This document shows, piece by piece, positions 51,985-64,000 of a stretch of DNA of 64,000 bases (positions within the stretch are counted from its first letter, which is position 1; each line of letters opens with the position of its first letter). Both the position numbers and the translations under genes were made by a program. Source of the stretch: the human T2T-CHM13v2.0 reference genome, Homo sapiens; the NCBI RefSeq assembly GCF_009914755.1, contig NC_060928.1; one strand, given 5' to 3'. Below the pieces are notes generated by a model, which had not been told where the DNA came from, did not search any database, and saw only the letters and a program-made list of their open reading frames with translations.

Positions 51985-52390
51985 GATTAGTCAGAGGAGT
52001 GTCCACCCTTTAATAACCAAAATACCACAAAACAAAGGGTTTAAATATGCTAGAAGCTTCTTTGTCCCTACTGTAACAGACATGAGCAGACCGGGATGAT
52101 GGTGCATTTGAGGAGGCTCTGCCATCCTTGACATGTGAGTTTCCATCTCCCTTGGCCCAAAACAGCTGATGCAGTTCTTGTCATTTCCAGCCAGAAAGAT
52201 GCAAGAAGGAGACCAGTGAGCAAAGGCCCAGTCATTGTAACGGCGAGCCTTGGGGATGGCACACATCACTTCTTCTGTCACCCCATTAATCAGAACCCAG
52301 GCTTTTGAGGCACCTATCTGCAGAGGAAGATGGGAAATGGAGCCCCAGGCCAAGCTAAGACCCCACAATGTAGAAAGGATGACACAGCAG
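51985..52390 (-). mobile_element. MLT1J-like MaLR LTR
   Basis: GCTCTGCCATCCTT...CATTTCCAGCCAG...GGCACACATCACTTCT...CTGCAGAGGAAGATGGGAAATG. Confidence 0.6.
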
Positions 52391-52984
52391 CCTGAGACAG
52401 AAGCCAGCCAAAGAAAGGGCTTGTAAGCAATAGTAAAGAGTTCACACGACCTCCTGAAATAACTACATAGATTTATGCAAGAGAGTAACATGAAGATATT
52501 TGTAGCCAGCATTGTAAATAAAGGATTAGAAGACAGCAAAACTTGAGGCAAGGAGATGAGTTAGCATAAAGGAAGTGCGATTTGGCGGTGGAAAATAGAA
52601 TAGGCAATGGTGTGATGACTGACATTCAGAACACAGGAGAAGCCGCGGATGCAGATGGGCCCAGGAGAGCAGCGGGGAGGGTCTGAGTTCGGTTTTGAAA
52701 GGATCCATCAGGCAGTTTAAAATATAGGCCTAAAGGTGAAGGTGGATGTTTAGGAGACAACAAGGAATAGCTGATAATTGATGTTTACTGTGTTGTTCAT
52801 CTGAGGACAATGTAAAAATAGCAGGGGTGGAGCTATGAACTGAATATTGAAGGGAGGAAGAAGACGTAATAGAAAACTGACAAAGAAGAGTTGCCAGGAC
52901 AGAAACATCTCAAGGAAGCCAAGGGAGTAAGGATTTCAAGAGGAAAGGGTGCAGTAAGTCTGAGAGTAGCTAAAATAGATTTGA

Positions 52985-53180
52985 GCTTAGTATGTGCCAG
53001 GTAGGTTTCTAAGCTCTTTCCTGGCATCACCTTGTAGCAACACAATGACGTAATGTTTCATCTTGGCCTCTATTTTCCAGTCAAGGAACCTGAAATCCCA
53101 AAAGACTAAGTTAGTTCTTCAAGCTCACCCAGTGCAATGGGATTCAGATGCAGGCAATCAGCTCCCTGGCCTGTGCGCGT
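52985..53180 (-). mobile_element. MIR
   Basis: TATGTGCCAGG...TATTTTCCAGTCAAGGAACCTGAAATCCCA...GGGATTCAGATGCAGGCA. Confidence 0.6.
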
Positions 53181-53266
53181 AGTAAAAAGAACGAAGAGGG
53201 AAATTACACTGTTGGGCTTGGCTGTTAAGAGTCTGTATGTGGACAGGATGAGAGCAGCTTAGAGGA

Positions 53267-54422
53267 CCAGTGATCTTTAGATTTGCTTCTCGCAGCATTA
53301 TGCCAATGAGTTGCACCAGGAAAAAATAATTCTGTGGCCACATGAATTTGGGAAACACCATAGCAATACTTTCCTTGCCTGGGAATTTATAATACACAGT
53401 AACTTAATAAATACATGAGAAGTTAATAAACAATTCAACAAGCATAAAACAACCCCATTTTAAACACAGGCAAAGGACATGAACAGACACTTTCAAAAGA
53501 AGACATACAAGTGGCCAAAAAACGTAAGAAAAAATGCTTAGCATCACTAACCATCAGAGAAATGCAAATCAAAACCCCAATAAGATACCGTCTAACACCA
53601 GTCAGAATGGCCATTATTAAAAGTCAGAAAATAACAGGTGTTGGTGATACTGTTGGTGGAAATGTGAATTAGTTCGGCCACTGCAGAAAGCACTTTGGAG
53701 GTTTCTCAAAGAACTTAAAACAGAGCTACCACTTGACCCAGCAATCCCATGACTGGGTATATATCCAAAGAAAACTAAATCTTTCCACCAAAAAGACAAG
53801 TTCATCACAGCTGTATTCACAATAGCAAAGACATGGAATCAACCTAGATGCCCATCAATGGTGAATTGGATAAAGAAAATGGGATACATAATCATCATAG
53901 AATACTATGCAACTATATATAAAAAAAAAACAAATCTATGTCTTTTGCAGCAACGTGGGTGGAACCGGAGGCCATTATCCTAAGTGAATTAATGCAGAAA
54001 CAGGAAAACAAAAATACTGTGTGTTCTCACTTACAAGCGGGAGCTAAGCGTTGGGTACACATGGACATAAAGATGGGAGAAACAGACACTGCGGACTCTA
54101 AAAGGAGGGAGGAAGGGAGGGAAGAGACAAAGGCTAAAAAACTACCTATAGGGGACTTTGTTCACTATCTCAGTGATGAGATCCATAGAAGCCCAAACGT
54201 CAGCATCATGCAATATACTCTTTATAACAAACCTGCACATGTACTCTCTGAATCTAAAAGTTGAAATTATTTTTTTAATACAGAAAAAAATACATGAGAA
54301 GGTCACTAGAAAAAAAGAATGTTGTTGTGTTTAATCCAGTGTTTTCCTAGCTTGTTTGATCATGGAGATATTTTCTTTCATACTACCTGTTAAACTAAGA
54401 AATCACATGTTGAAAAGCATTT
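53267..54422. mobile_element. MER103C-like hAT MITE split by L1
   Basis: TTCTGTGGCCACATGAATTTGGGAAACAC before the L1 and GTTTAATCCAGTGTTTTCCTAGCTTGTTTGATCATGGA after it (internal inverted motifs). Confidence 0.6.
53423..54287 (+). mobile_element. L1PA15-17-like 3' fragment
   Basis: GGCAAAGGACATGAACAGACAC...GAAATGCAAATCAAAAC...AACAAACCTGCACATGTAC. 14-bp TSD AAATACATGAGAAG at 53409-53422 and 54288-54301. Confidence 0.92.
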
Positions 54423-54769
54423 CGGGAGATTGGCGGAACCACTGGCAAGTAAGTGAGACGGTGGTGAAATCTCACAGAATAACCGTCCATATATTTGAGG
54501 GTTGAGGAAGCACAGAGAAAGGGCAGTATCTCAAGTGTACTGGGGCAACCTGAAACTTCTCTTAGCCTCTCAACCTTCAACTCTTAAAGGAAAAGCCCCG
54601 CTGGACTCTTCTGGCACATTCATGCCCCCACTCCCACCTCCACCACAACTAATGCTAGTCATGCTTCATAGTGTGTAATTTTATTTGCTGCATACAAATC
54701 CTGTTCTAGGATCTCTGAAGGTGGGGTTTTGCTACATTGATTCTCTAGCTTCCGTAGCACGATGGAGCA

Positions 54770-55020
54770 GAGAGCATTTTGGAATGCTTACCATGTGCCA
54801 GGCACTTTACCTAGCACCTCACCTTCATTGTGTCATTGTATCTGTATAGTAGATAGGCTATTTAATTAGCCCACCTTGCAAATGAAAACAACAAACAAAC
54901 AAGCAAAACAAAAAAGAAAACACTGAGACTTAGCTTAAAGAAACTGTCTGAAGCTCCAGCTTGTGGGAGATGGAGCCAGGACACTCTACCCCAGTTCTGT
55001 GTGACCCAAAGCGTGCGCCT
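54770..55020 (-). mobile_element. MIR
   Basis: GAATGCTTACCATGTGCCAGGCACT...CCCACCTTGCAAATGAAAAC...ACTGAGACTTAG. Confidence 0.7.
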
Positions 55021-55033
55021 ATAATGATCATTC

Positions 55034-55565
55034 TGCCAGAGACATTCGAACCACAGCGACTCCATCTTGAGTGAGGGCTAGGAAAAGTGAGGCTGAGACT
55101 TGCTGAGCCACAGTCCCCAAAAGTTAGGTATTCCTAGGCTCTGGATGTTTGCCATTAAAGGGAACAGATTGATAACGTTTACTAAACAGACCCAGACTCA
55201 GGAATGTCCTGATATCCCAATATCGTAAGAACAGAAGCATTCCTAATTTTGCTTTAAAGATAGTAATATCAATTATTGCAAAATATAGTAATTAAGAAAA
55301 TTAATCCTTTGTCACAAACCGTTGTAGCAAATCATCTCCCCATGATTTTTTGTTGCTGTTGTTATTGTTATCCTATAAATAAACAAGAATTTTACCTAGG
55401 GTGGGCCAGTTCCTCCTCTTACTTTCAGGAACTCCCTACTTTGACCGCTTTACTTTCTTAATAAACTTGCTTTCACTTTGCCCTGTCAACTCACCCTGAG
55501 TTCTTTCTTGCACAGGATCCAAGAACACTCTCTTGGGGTTTGAATCATGACCCTTTCCGGTAACA
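55034..55565 (+). mobile_element. MER41 (C/D-like) ERV1 solo LTR
   Basis: TGCCAGAGACATTCGAACCACAGCGACTCCATCTTG...CCCTTTCCGGTAACA. Perfect 4-bp TSD ATTC at 55030-55033 and 55566-55569. TATAAAT at 55374 and AATAAA at 55460. Confidence 0.9.
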
Positions 55566-58500
55566 ATTCTATGGGGAATAGAATTAGAGAATTATTTTCT
55601 GAGTGAGTGAAGAAACAAATATTCTTTTGGTGACTGATGACCAATTTTCTCAGTGCATTTCCATTAAAATTAAAATCTGAGACTATTTCTTCTAACTAAA
55701 CATTAGTCAAAGAAGGTAAAAGGTAAATCTTCTAACAGCAGCCTGTTCTTGAATTATATAAAAGGTATTCAGGAAAAGTGCTGAAATGTACAGCTAGCTA
55801 CAGAATTACCTCAAAGTAAAGAGCTGTTTTTCATCTGCTCTTGAATATTGGTTTGAAGGTTTCCCCTTAGCCCCAGATAGTAAGAGAGTCACAACTAAAC
55901 AATGGTGTGTTGTCTGGGTAAACATCATATTTCCTTTTTATCACTTTTCCCCCAAGTAGTACTGTATTGAGTTACAGTCTTATTCATTGCTTCTTCTACA
56001 GAAAGACGCTTTGAAAAATTGAGGCTTTGTAGTAATATTGACAACAAAAGCAGTTGTTGTCACCTCCCATTAGCATTAATTTAATCTGTGATTCACTACA
56101 ATAGACAACTAAGACGGCTCTGCGGTGGTCCTTCCTAGGAGAAAAGGGAGCTGCAGAAATAAACATCATTGCAGAAAATGTAGCGAGACAACCTTTTTGG
56201 GAATATTAAATGTAAGCTGTATAAACATTTGTTTTCTTTTTATCAGCAATGAAACGTTCCTAATTCGCTCTATACTGGGAACACCATTGTGGGGGTATGG
56301 TTAATTGGTCTTGAAAGACAATTAATATCTGTCAAGAACATGTACAACACACACAGGTTTTGCAAACAGTCAGTCCCTTTGCCCCCTTTTTCTCTGTTGT
56401 TCTGTTTATTGTGCCCAGTTAATGTGCTCTTTTGCCATAATAATCTTCAGCGAAATGGTAATTGCTCTATTGACGGCATTACTGTACATTTTTGACAGAT
56501 CATTATTCATACTTAACCACTTGACCTGGAATAAATGTTAAAGCAATTACCACTGAGAGCTTTTCTATGAGAAAATTGAGGCAAAGTTTAGAGATAATCA
56601 AAATGCAAAGCTGATCATGATAGCAATTGGAAAAACGGCAAATCCTATCAAACAGATTTTTATTAGCCAAGTTGATGCCAGTAGATATTATCTGGTAATT
56701 TAGTCTTATTAAAAAGAAAATAAAGCAGCTAATTGTTTACTATTCTGGAACTTATTCCGGCTTGCAATTTGCAGCTGAAATTAGGCTTTATGTGGCTTAT
56801 CTATTTTGTCACATGGAAATATGAAATCATTTGGTACAAAGCACATCTGCTTAATGCCTCTTACGTTACTGGAAAAATCCCTCATTCAATATGTTTTACA
56901 CCTGTTGAGGCATTATGGATGGATGAATTTATAGCAACCAATACAAAAGCTAATATTCAGTATCTTTTTATTATATCAAATACTTTCAAAGTCTGTATTT
57001 CTAAGGATTACATTCTATCCATGCTTTATCTTACTTTGTGTTAAAACATCAACACAAATGATTTCTTTTTACATCAATCCACAATGCAACAAGCTTCTAG
57101 GAGCACCGCAGATATGTAGTTCAAGTCATTAGAAATAAGAAATCATCTAATAATTTGGACCCCAAACGTAAGTATGTAAATGGAAGAGACAATGATACAT
57201 TTCTCAACAATATCAAGTGAAGATAAATAATTGTCAAATTTTGGAAGTAAAATGCTAAATCAGTTGCGTAATGGTGAAAATCTTTAATGGCATAAAAACT
57301 GACTCTAATATCGATGGGCACAATTCCTTCCTTGATCTTACTTTACACTTTGAAATCAGCACATGCTCACGAGCTGACTATTTATGAGTCAGTTAAACCC
57401 ACAACTTATTCATCTCATTTCATCATTCAAGTGGCTAGTGGACCTGCACTTTCAGGTTAAAAATATTCCGAAAATTGCCTTTTCACATAATCTTTCCATA
57501 CTAAGTTGAGAAATTATTTGAGACAACAAAAGTTGACTAAATTCCATTTAAATTTCTGCACAAAACACCCTGTTTCCCCTAGTTCTTAAAGGCTGTTTTG
57601 GTAAAATGTTTGGCATGATTCAGTCTTTGGACTAATATCTAGAGCAAAGCTGTAATCAAAAATGTGTACCAAAGGACACAGAAAGTCTTAAACAGATAGT
57701 GTAAAGTTTTACTAGCCCCTACTGAATTGCGAGCCCTGTTTGAAAACTATCATTAAAATTCAGAAAAATGATTACTGATATGCTGGTATGGTTATCCTGG
57801 GAGGTGCGGTTATCAGGGTCTGCTCCAGTTGGTTGCTGTAGTTTCTGTATTAATGGAGGGTTTTTTCACAGTTAATGAAAGGAGACACTTTCTTTTAATA
57901 AGTCAATAAAACAGTAAGTGGATTTTTCCCTCTTTCTTCTGCCATTTTCCTCTCCCAAAAGAGTCCTTTTGAAAGTCCAAAAGGTCCACATTTGGCAGTG
58001 AGATAAGGACTGGCAGTTTGTAAAAAAAAAAAAACCTCATTCTGCTTTTCGGTTCTTGGGCTTGACCTTATCAAATTGGCCTCATCAAATATAAGATAAC
58101 AGACTCCAATTGTTTCAAAATTCTTCATGTAGTAACATCACTTCTTTTTAAGGAGCCACCCTTCACAAGTTTTCCAGATGTTCTAAAAGTAAAATAGCCA
58201 GAGAAGCAAAGAATGGCACAGGATTGAACTACTTCCCTGGCTGTGTTTGTTAGCTTTAATTTATTCATGCCAGAATGTATTTATTTAAAAATTCAAACGG
58301 AGGTTTTATCCACTCTGGCTGATATGTGAATAATTGTACTTCAGATCTAGATGCAAATCTAAATAAAGGCAAGGTGTTTTTCCAGTATTTGTATTCAATT
58401 CTGAGTTTGCATGATACACAGTACAAATGGGCTAAAATAAATGAGTTATTTTCATTTGATTTTAACAATTTGCCAAAATCCTTGGGCCTTCCTACTTTAA

Positions 58501-60134
58501 TGTGTGTTGATTATTTCTGTTGACTGTGTTTATTATTTTAATATGATATATGTCCTGCAATCATCATATTAGTCTATTACTTCTCTGCACAGCTTTTGAA
58601 ACAATGTTCCTTGTCCTTCTCTCGGATATTGGCATGTCAGGAATCTGAGTGAGAGACTTTGTTCCTGACCTCGGCCTGGGCAAAGACCCAAGACTATTCT
58701 CCCATTAGGACATTGTGTCACGATTTTAATGTATGCCTTCTACTGAATAATTTTAGTATTATGAAGACACAAAACAATTGAACCATATGTGTCTCATGTC
58801 AGCTGCATAATGAAAGGGCTGAAGTAATCCATGGAACAATAAACAACTAAGTGCTTTATATTCTTCTCCTTGAAGTGTTTTATACATTGATTCTGCCCAA
58901 TTTATTCTAAGAGGGCTTTTTGCCCCATTAGGATTACTATTTTACCCTCTCCTATTTTTTATTAACACAGATAGGGTAGGAAAAGAGGATAAAGTGTTTC
59001 AACAGCTGCCAAATAGTATGGATAGGAAATGGCCATAGACCAATTAAAGATAAAAGATAAGGATAAAACTGCCATAGTTTTTATAGCTCAACGATACCCG
59101 GAGCTTAGAACTTGCACACTACTGATAAATTGGCCAGAAAGGTTTCAAGACTATTTATTTCCTGGTCTCCGTTTTTGTGTTATACTGGACCAATTTCTAA
59201 TTGGTAAAATGATTTAAAAATCTATTTTTTTCTGCAGGGTCTGAAAAATTATCACTGGTCACTCATCACCTAGTTCAACAAGGGGTCTGCTTCATAGACA
59301 TTTTCTGTGGTTTTGAGGCAATATTCCATGTGGAACTCTTCCTTTTCCTGTTCCTGAAGCGTCTGTGGTTTCCTTCTGGGTTTGCCTGTGCTCCAGAGGC
59401 CTTCAGTTGGTGGAAATGGAGGTTGAATCTTTCCTGGGTTCTGCACATTCCCCTATCTAACACGGGAGCAACAACTTGAATTTCTCCAAAGGCACATGGA
59501 TTTGGGGCCACCGTGCACTCTAATGTTACGGTTTTTAAAATTCATCAATCTTATAGCACAAATAATTTGAAACTTCCTGTCCCTTAATGCTCATTCTCAT
59601 CAATGACCTTATGTAGAGAAAAAATATTACAGTTTGGTTAACAAAAAGCTGGGTAGAATTTAACATTCTAAATGAGAGTATTAGGAAATAAATATTTTAT
59701 GAATTACAGCTTTTCATCTATGCTTAAAGAGCTGTAGATTTCAGTAAGCAAAGATGGGAAGAACATCCTTCAAAATTAAAGGAAGGAGTTTTTCTGAGTG
59801 AGGTTTGACACCAGTGTCCAGTGTAGGCAAGGAATGAGGGGTGGAAAGAAACATACAAGAATGGGCAACTTTTCCTTGATTCCCATGACTTACTTCTTCC
59901 TGAGTTAGTGACTGACAGCCCTTTCTCAGCTTCCAGTGTGTGATTTCCTTGCCATGCTTTTTGAGTTATCAATGCTGCCGTCATCCTCTGCCTCCCGCAG
60001 CACCGCTTTCATCTTTGCAGATGATTCCAGTGTTTTCCTTTTATTCTTTTCTTCCACAATTATCTTTGATTACTTCAGTTGTCAGGTATATGGCATTTCA
60101 GACTCTTTGAACACATAATTCTTCATGATCATTC

Positions 60135-60690
<556 letters not shown>

Positions 60691-61074
60691 GTGTTATTAG
60701 CTGCCACTGTGCACCGTCAATGTCTCTACAGACTTCCAAGCTCACTGCTCAACTTTCACTCCTGGCCAAACCTTAGCACATGGCTTCAGCAGCCAAAGAT
60801 CTGAGATTCAGTGCACCCCTCTCATTCACAGCCTCCTTGCAGGACTTGGCGGCCCGTGATGTCCATGGCTTTCTCCCTCCTGAGCTACTCTTTGGGCTGT
60901 GCAAGCTGCACATTGACCCCGCTCTTGCTCTCTGCCCTCATGCTCTCCTGGAAGAACCCTGCAGGTGATGAGTGCTGCTTTACCCCCATGCTCCTTGTCA
61001 ACTCCTTTAATTCTTATGCTCCCTTAAGGAATTCTTTCTTTTTTTAAAAAGCGAGATCACATTCTCACTAGTAG

Positions 61075-61265
61075 GTAACATTAACAGTGCCAACTATTTG
61101 ATAGGGATTAACTCCTTTCATACCCAAGTCAACTTTATTAGGGGGGTGCCACTCTTATTCTAATCTCACTAAAGGAGAAATAGGCTCAGATAGATGAAGC
61201 TGCACCTCACAATGTCCCCAAGCTCGCATTCTGGCAGTTGGTGAAGTCAGGTTCCCAGACATGGC
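61075..61265 (-). mobile_element. MIR
   Basis: TTATTCTAATCTCACTAAAGGAGAAATAGGCTCAGATAGATGAAG...CCCAAGCTCGCA. Confidence 0.55.
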
Positions 61266-61559
61266 TTGTGAGGGTGCATACCCTACGCACTGAGGCACCA
61301 GAACATCATCTCTTTGATAAACTTTTTAACAGATACCTGGGACATCCTAGGTGTTAAATATCAGGTCGTTTTATCTTAAAAGTTAAACTAGTCTTTAAAA
61401 TATTACTGAAGTAGTATATAAGCTGCTTGAAATGCAAATAGAACAGAAGATATAAAATGAAAACTAAGTCTTCCTCTCTTTTTCTCCTAGTCCCATTCCT
61501 TAGGAGAAATATTCTGTGCCATCCTTCCAAAATGCTCTACATATTTAAGCATCAGTACA

Positions 61560-61830
61560 AATATTATATGTGCATTTATATATATTGTACGTGTACATAT
61601 ACATGCATATATACTTGTTTGCTAATTAGAATCATCGCGTGCGTGTGTGTATACGTATATACTTTTTCATACATACGGTGTGTGTATATATACAAATTTA
61701 CATGTATGTTTATATAAGTGTCTATATACAATGTGTATATATACACACACATACACACACATATATACATATACAGACATATTATGTACACATATATGTA
61801 TATATACACACACGTACCCTGTTCTGCATA
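61560..61830. repeat. Degenerate (TA/TG/CA)n low-complexity tract
   Basis: Directly visible alternating purine-pyrimidine sequence. Confidence 0.9.
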
Positions 61831-62384
61831 GAGACATAAAAATCTAGCACATTTAACACCTGGAGACAATTTTTAACCATTCTTCTTTATTTTTGGTAAT
61901 AATCATTAAATTAAAAGCAAATAATAATGTTCAAGAAAGAAAAGAAGTGAAAATTTTTATTAAATTTCGTATATATCTAAAAATCTTAAAAATAGATAAA
62001 ATAATGCATAAAATAAAGTAATTAATATTTTAGCTATATTGACTTTTTAAAAAAAACTTACACCTATATATTGGTCTTCCACAGTAGTGAATAGTTCTGT
62101 ATTCAAGCGTTAACTTCTGTAAACTTAATCATGATTTTGCATTGTCATGTCTAATGGAAAGTATAGCTAGATTTGTTAATGTATTCTCACTTATCATTGA
62201 CTCAAACACACTTTTTATTAATCTTTATTTTGAAAAGTTTCCTTCACATGAGAAAATACATACGCAAATTAAGTAAAGTCTTAACCATGAGGAAAAGTCT
62301 GGCAGAGATTCATAAAATTCCATTTAACAAAAAAAACTCAGAAAGAAATTGTTATACTGTCCATGTCTTTATTTATTTCGGATA

Positions 62385-63003
62385 GATTTTTAGCAGCTTC
62401 CAAATACATATGCAGTAAAAAAATTTTCCTAAAGTATCTTCACCAGAAAATGTATTATACATTTCCATTCCATTTTATAAAAACTTCCAAAATTCATGAT
62501 TCAGAACTGTTCAACCTCTCCTTGAAAGCAGCTTGTGCCCCCATTCCTACAATTAAGCAGTAGATTCACAATCAACAATGATAGCACAGTGATTAGAAAG
62601 ATTAAAAAGCAGAATTGGCATTTTTACTCTCAAAATGAACATATATTACTGAGTCAGAGGCCAACTCTATAACTAGAAATTCTCTGAATCAATTTCTATG
62701 TAGACTACAAGGCTTATTAAGGGGTACATAATAAAAATGTACTACTTTGAAGCTTGCATATATTATTAAAACTCAACAGTAGCTGCAGCAATTGTTTCAA
62801 ACTGAGACCAAAAATTTTTTTTTTCTGAAAGAAGTATTTGATCACTGACATTGTTAACAACTGCCATTGCACAGTGATAATAAAAAGAATACTGGATTTA
62901 GTAAGTTTCCTTACTGTTTTGCAATACTCTACAGATAACACATCCCCTGGCTACCTGCACCTGGGGCAGACATTCCCATCGCTCTGCCCTTGGCTCATCA
63001 AAC
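62385..63003 (-). mobile_element. Zaphod/MER115-like hAT-Tip100 fragment
   Basis: Terminal CCTGCACCTGGGGCAGAC...CCCTTGG. The reverse complement AACAATTGCTGCAGCTACTGTTGAGTTTTAATAATATATG matches the recalled Zaphod 5' region. Confidence 0.65.
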
Positions 63004-63522
63004 GCTCCTGCACTAGTCCCATTTCATGAAATGCTACAGAGACGTTTTCATATCAGCACATATAAGTCTATCTCATTCATGACTGTATCATATCTCAGTG
63101 TACAGATGCAGACATACTATCATACTTTGACAAATGCTAACATTGTTATGCTTACAAACAATCTTGTAATGTACATTCTTACACATGCATTTTTGTACAG
63201 AATTATAGCTGTATGGGATCAAAACTTTTAATTTTGCTTCTTCCTAGATCCCATATTCTTCTCCATAAGTCCCACTACACAAAATGCTCCTCATTGTCTA
63301 CCTCTGTGCCCTCATCAGGACATCACTGATGAGGTATCCGTCCATTAATTCCTACTTTCAGCCTCTTAGGTTCTGCTCTTCCCTTAATGTCTTCTAATTC
63401 TGTCCCATCCTGCACATCACTTCCAGACTGGTCATCCAAAACAGACCTTTCTTCATGTTATTCCTCTGTTCAAGAACCTACCACTACTGCTGTTTGTTTA
63501 TAACAATGGCTCGCAAACCATC

Positions 63523-63904
63523 TGCTATGGTTTGAATGCATCCCCCAAAAAGCATGTGTTGGAGACTTAATCCCCAATGCAACCATGTAAGAGGTGGGAC
63601 CATTAAAAAGTGGTTTGGCCACAAAGCCTCTGCCCTCAAGTTGGATTAATGCTGTGATCTCAGGAGTGAGTTTGTTATGGAGGGGAGTGGATTTCTTATA
63701 AAAGGATGAGTTCTCCCACCCTCACTTTCTCTTGCCCTTTCACCTTCTACCATGGCATGATGCAGCAAGAAGGCCCTCACCAGTTGCCAGTCCCTCAATC
63801 TTGGACTTCTCAGCCTCCAGAACCAAGAGCCAATACATTTATTTTCATTATAAATCACCCAGTCTTAGGTACTTTGTTATAGCCTCACAGAATGGGCTAA
63901 GACA
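63523..63904 (+). mobile_element. MSTC/MSTD-like MaLR solo LTR
   Basis: TGCTATGGTTTGAATG...GCAGCAAGAAGGCCCTCACCAG...GGGCTAAGACA. Flanks CCATC / CTGTC. Confidence 0.88.
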
Positions 63905-64000
63905 CTGTCCTTTACAGAGAGAACTCTGGAAATCCTGAAGGTGGCTGAGGACCTGTCATAAGGGCACTGAGGTATGAGACAGGTGGGTCAAGTAGTAACC

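Noticed and set aside
51991-52551. 186-aa minus-strand ORF
   Set aside because: Overlaps an MLT1-type LTR and shows no protein-family similarity.
62173-62385. Possible hAT dimerisation-domain remnant
   Set aside because: Similarity to the ERSFS motif is too weak to support by eye.

Overview
Primate (human or ape-like) non-coding genomic DNA, not prokaryotic. About half of the window is interspersed repeat: 15 Alus (J, S and Y), four 5'-truncated L1PA copies, about 14 solo or partial LTRs (MaLR, ERVL, MER41), DNA-transposon fossils (MER3, MER5A, MER8, MER103C, Charlie1b, Zaphod-like), L2 and MIR relics, and one ancient CR1/L3 reverse-transcriptase fragment. No intact protein-coding gene, tRNA, rRNA or CRISPR array is supported. 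The ORF track consists of Alu or L1-derived and chance ORFs. L1 and MaLR elements lie mostly on the minus strand, which suggests a long intron of a plus-strand gene. The best candidate functional signal is a 16-nt microexon-like unit at 40852-40867. Other points of interest are the CR1 fossil with a largely open frame, a homeodomain-motif cluster near 56.3-56.7 kb, a TA-rich quasi-palindrome inside an L1, and an apparent inversion inside a Zaphod-like element. I did not find convincing evidence of a new biological system. Subfamily names come from recalled consensus sequences and need RepeatMasker/Dfam confirmation. Boundaries of old elements are approximate.
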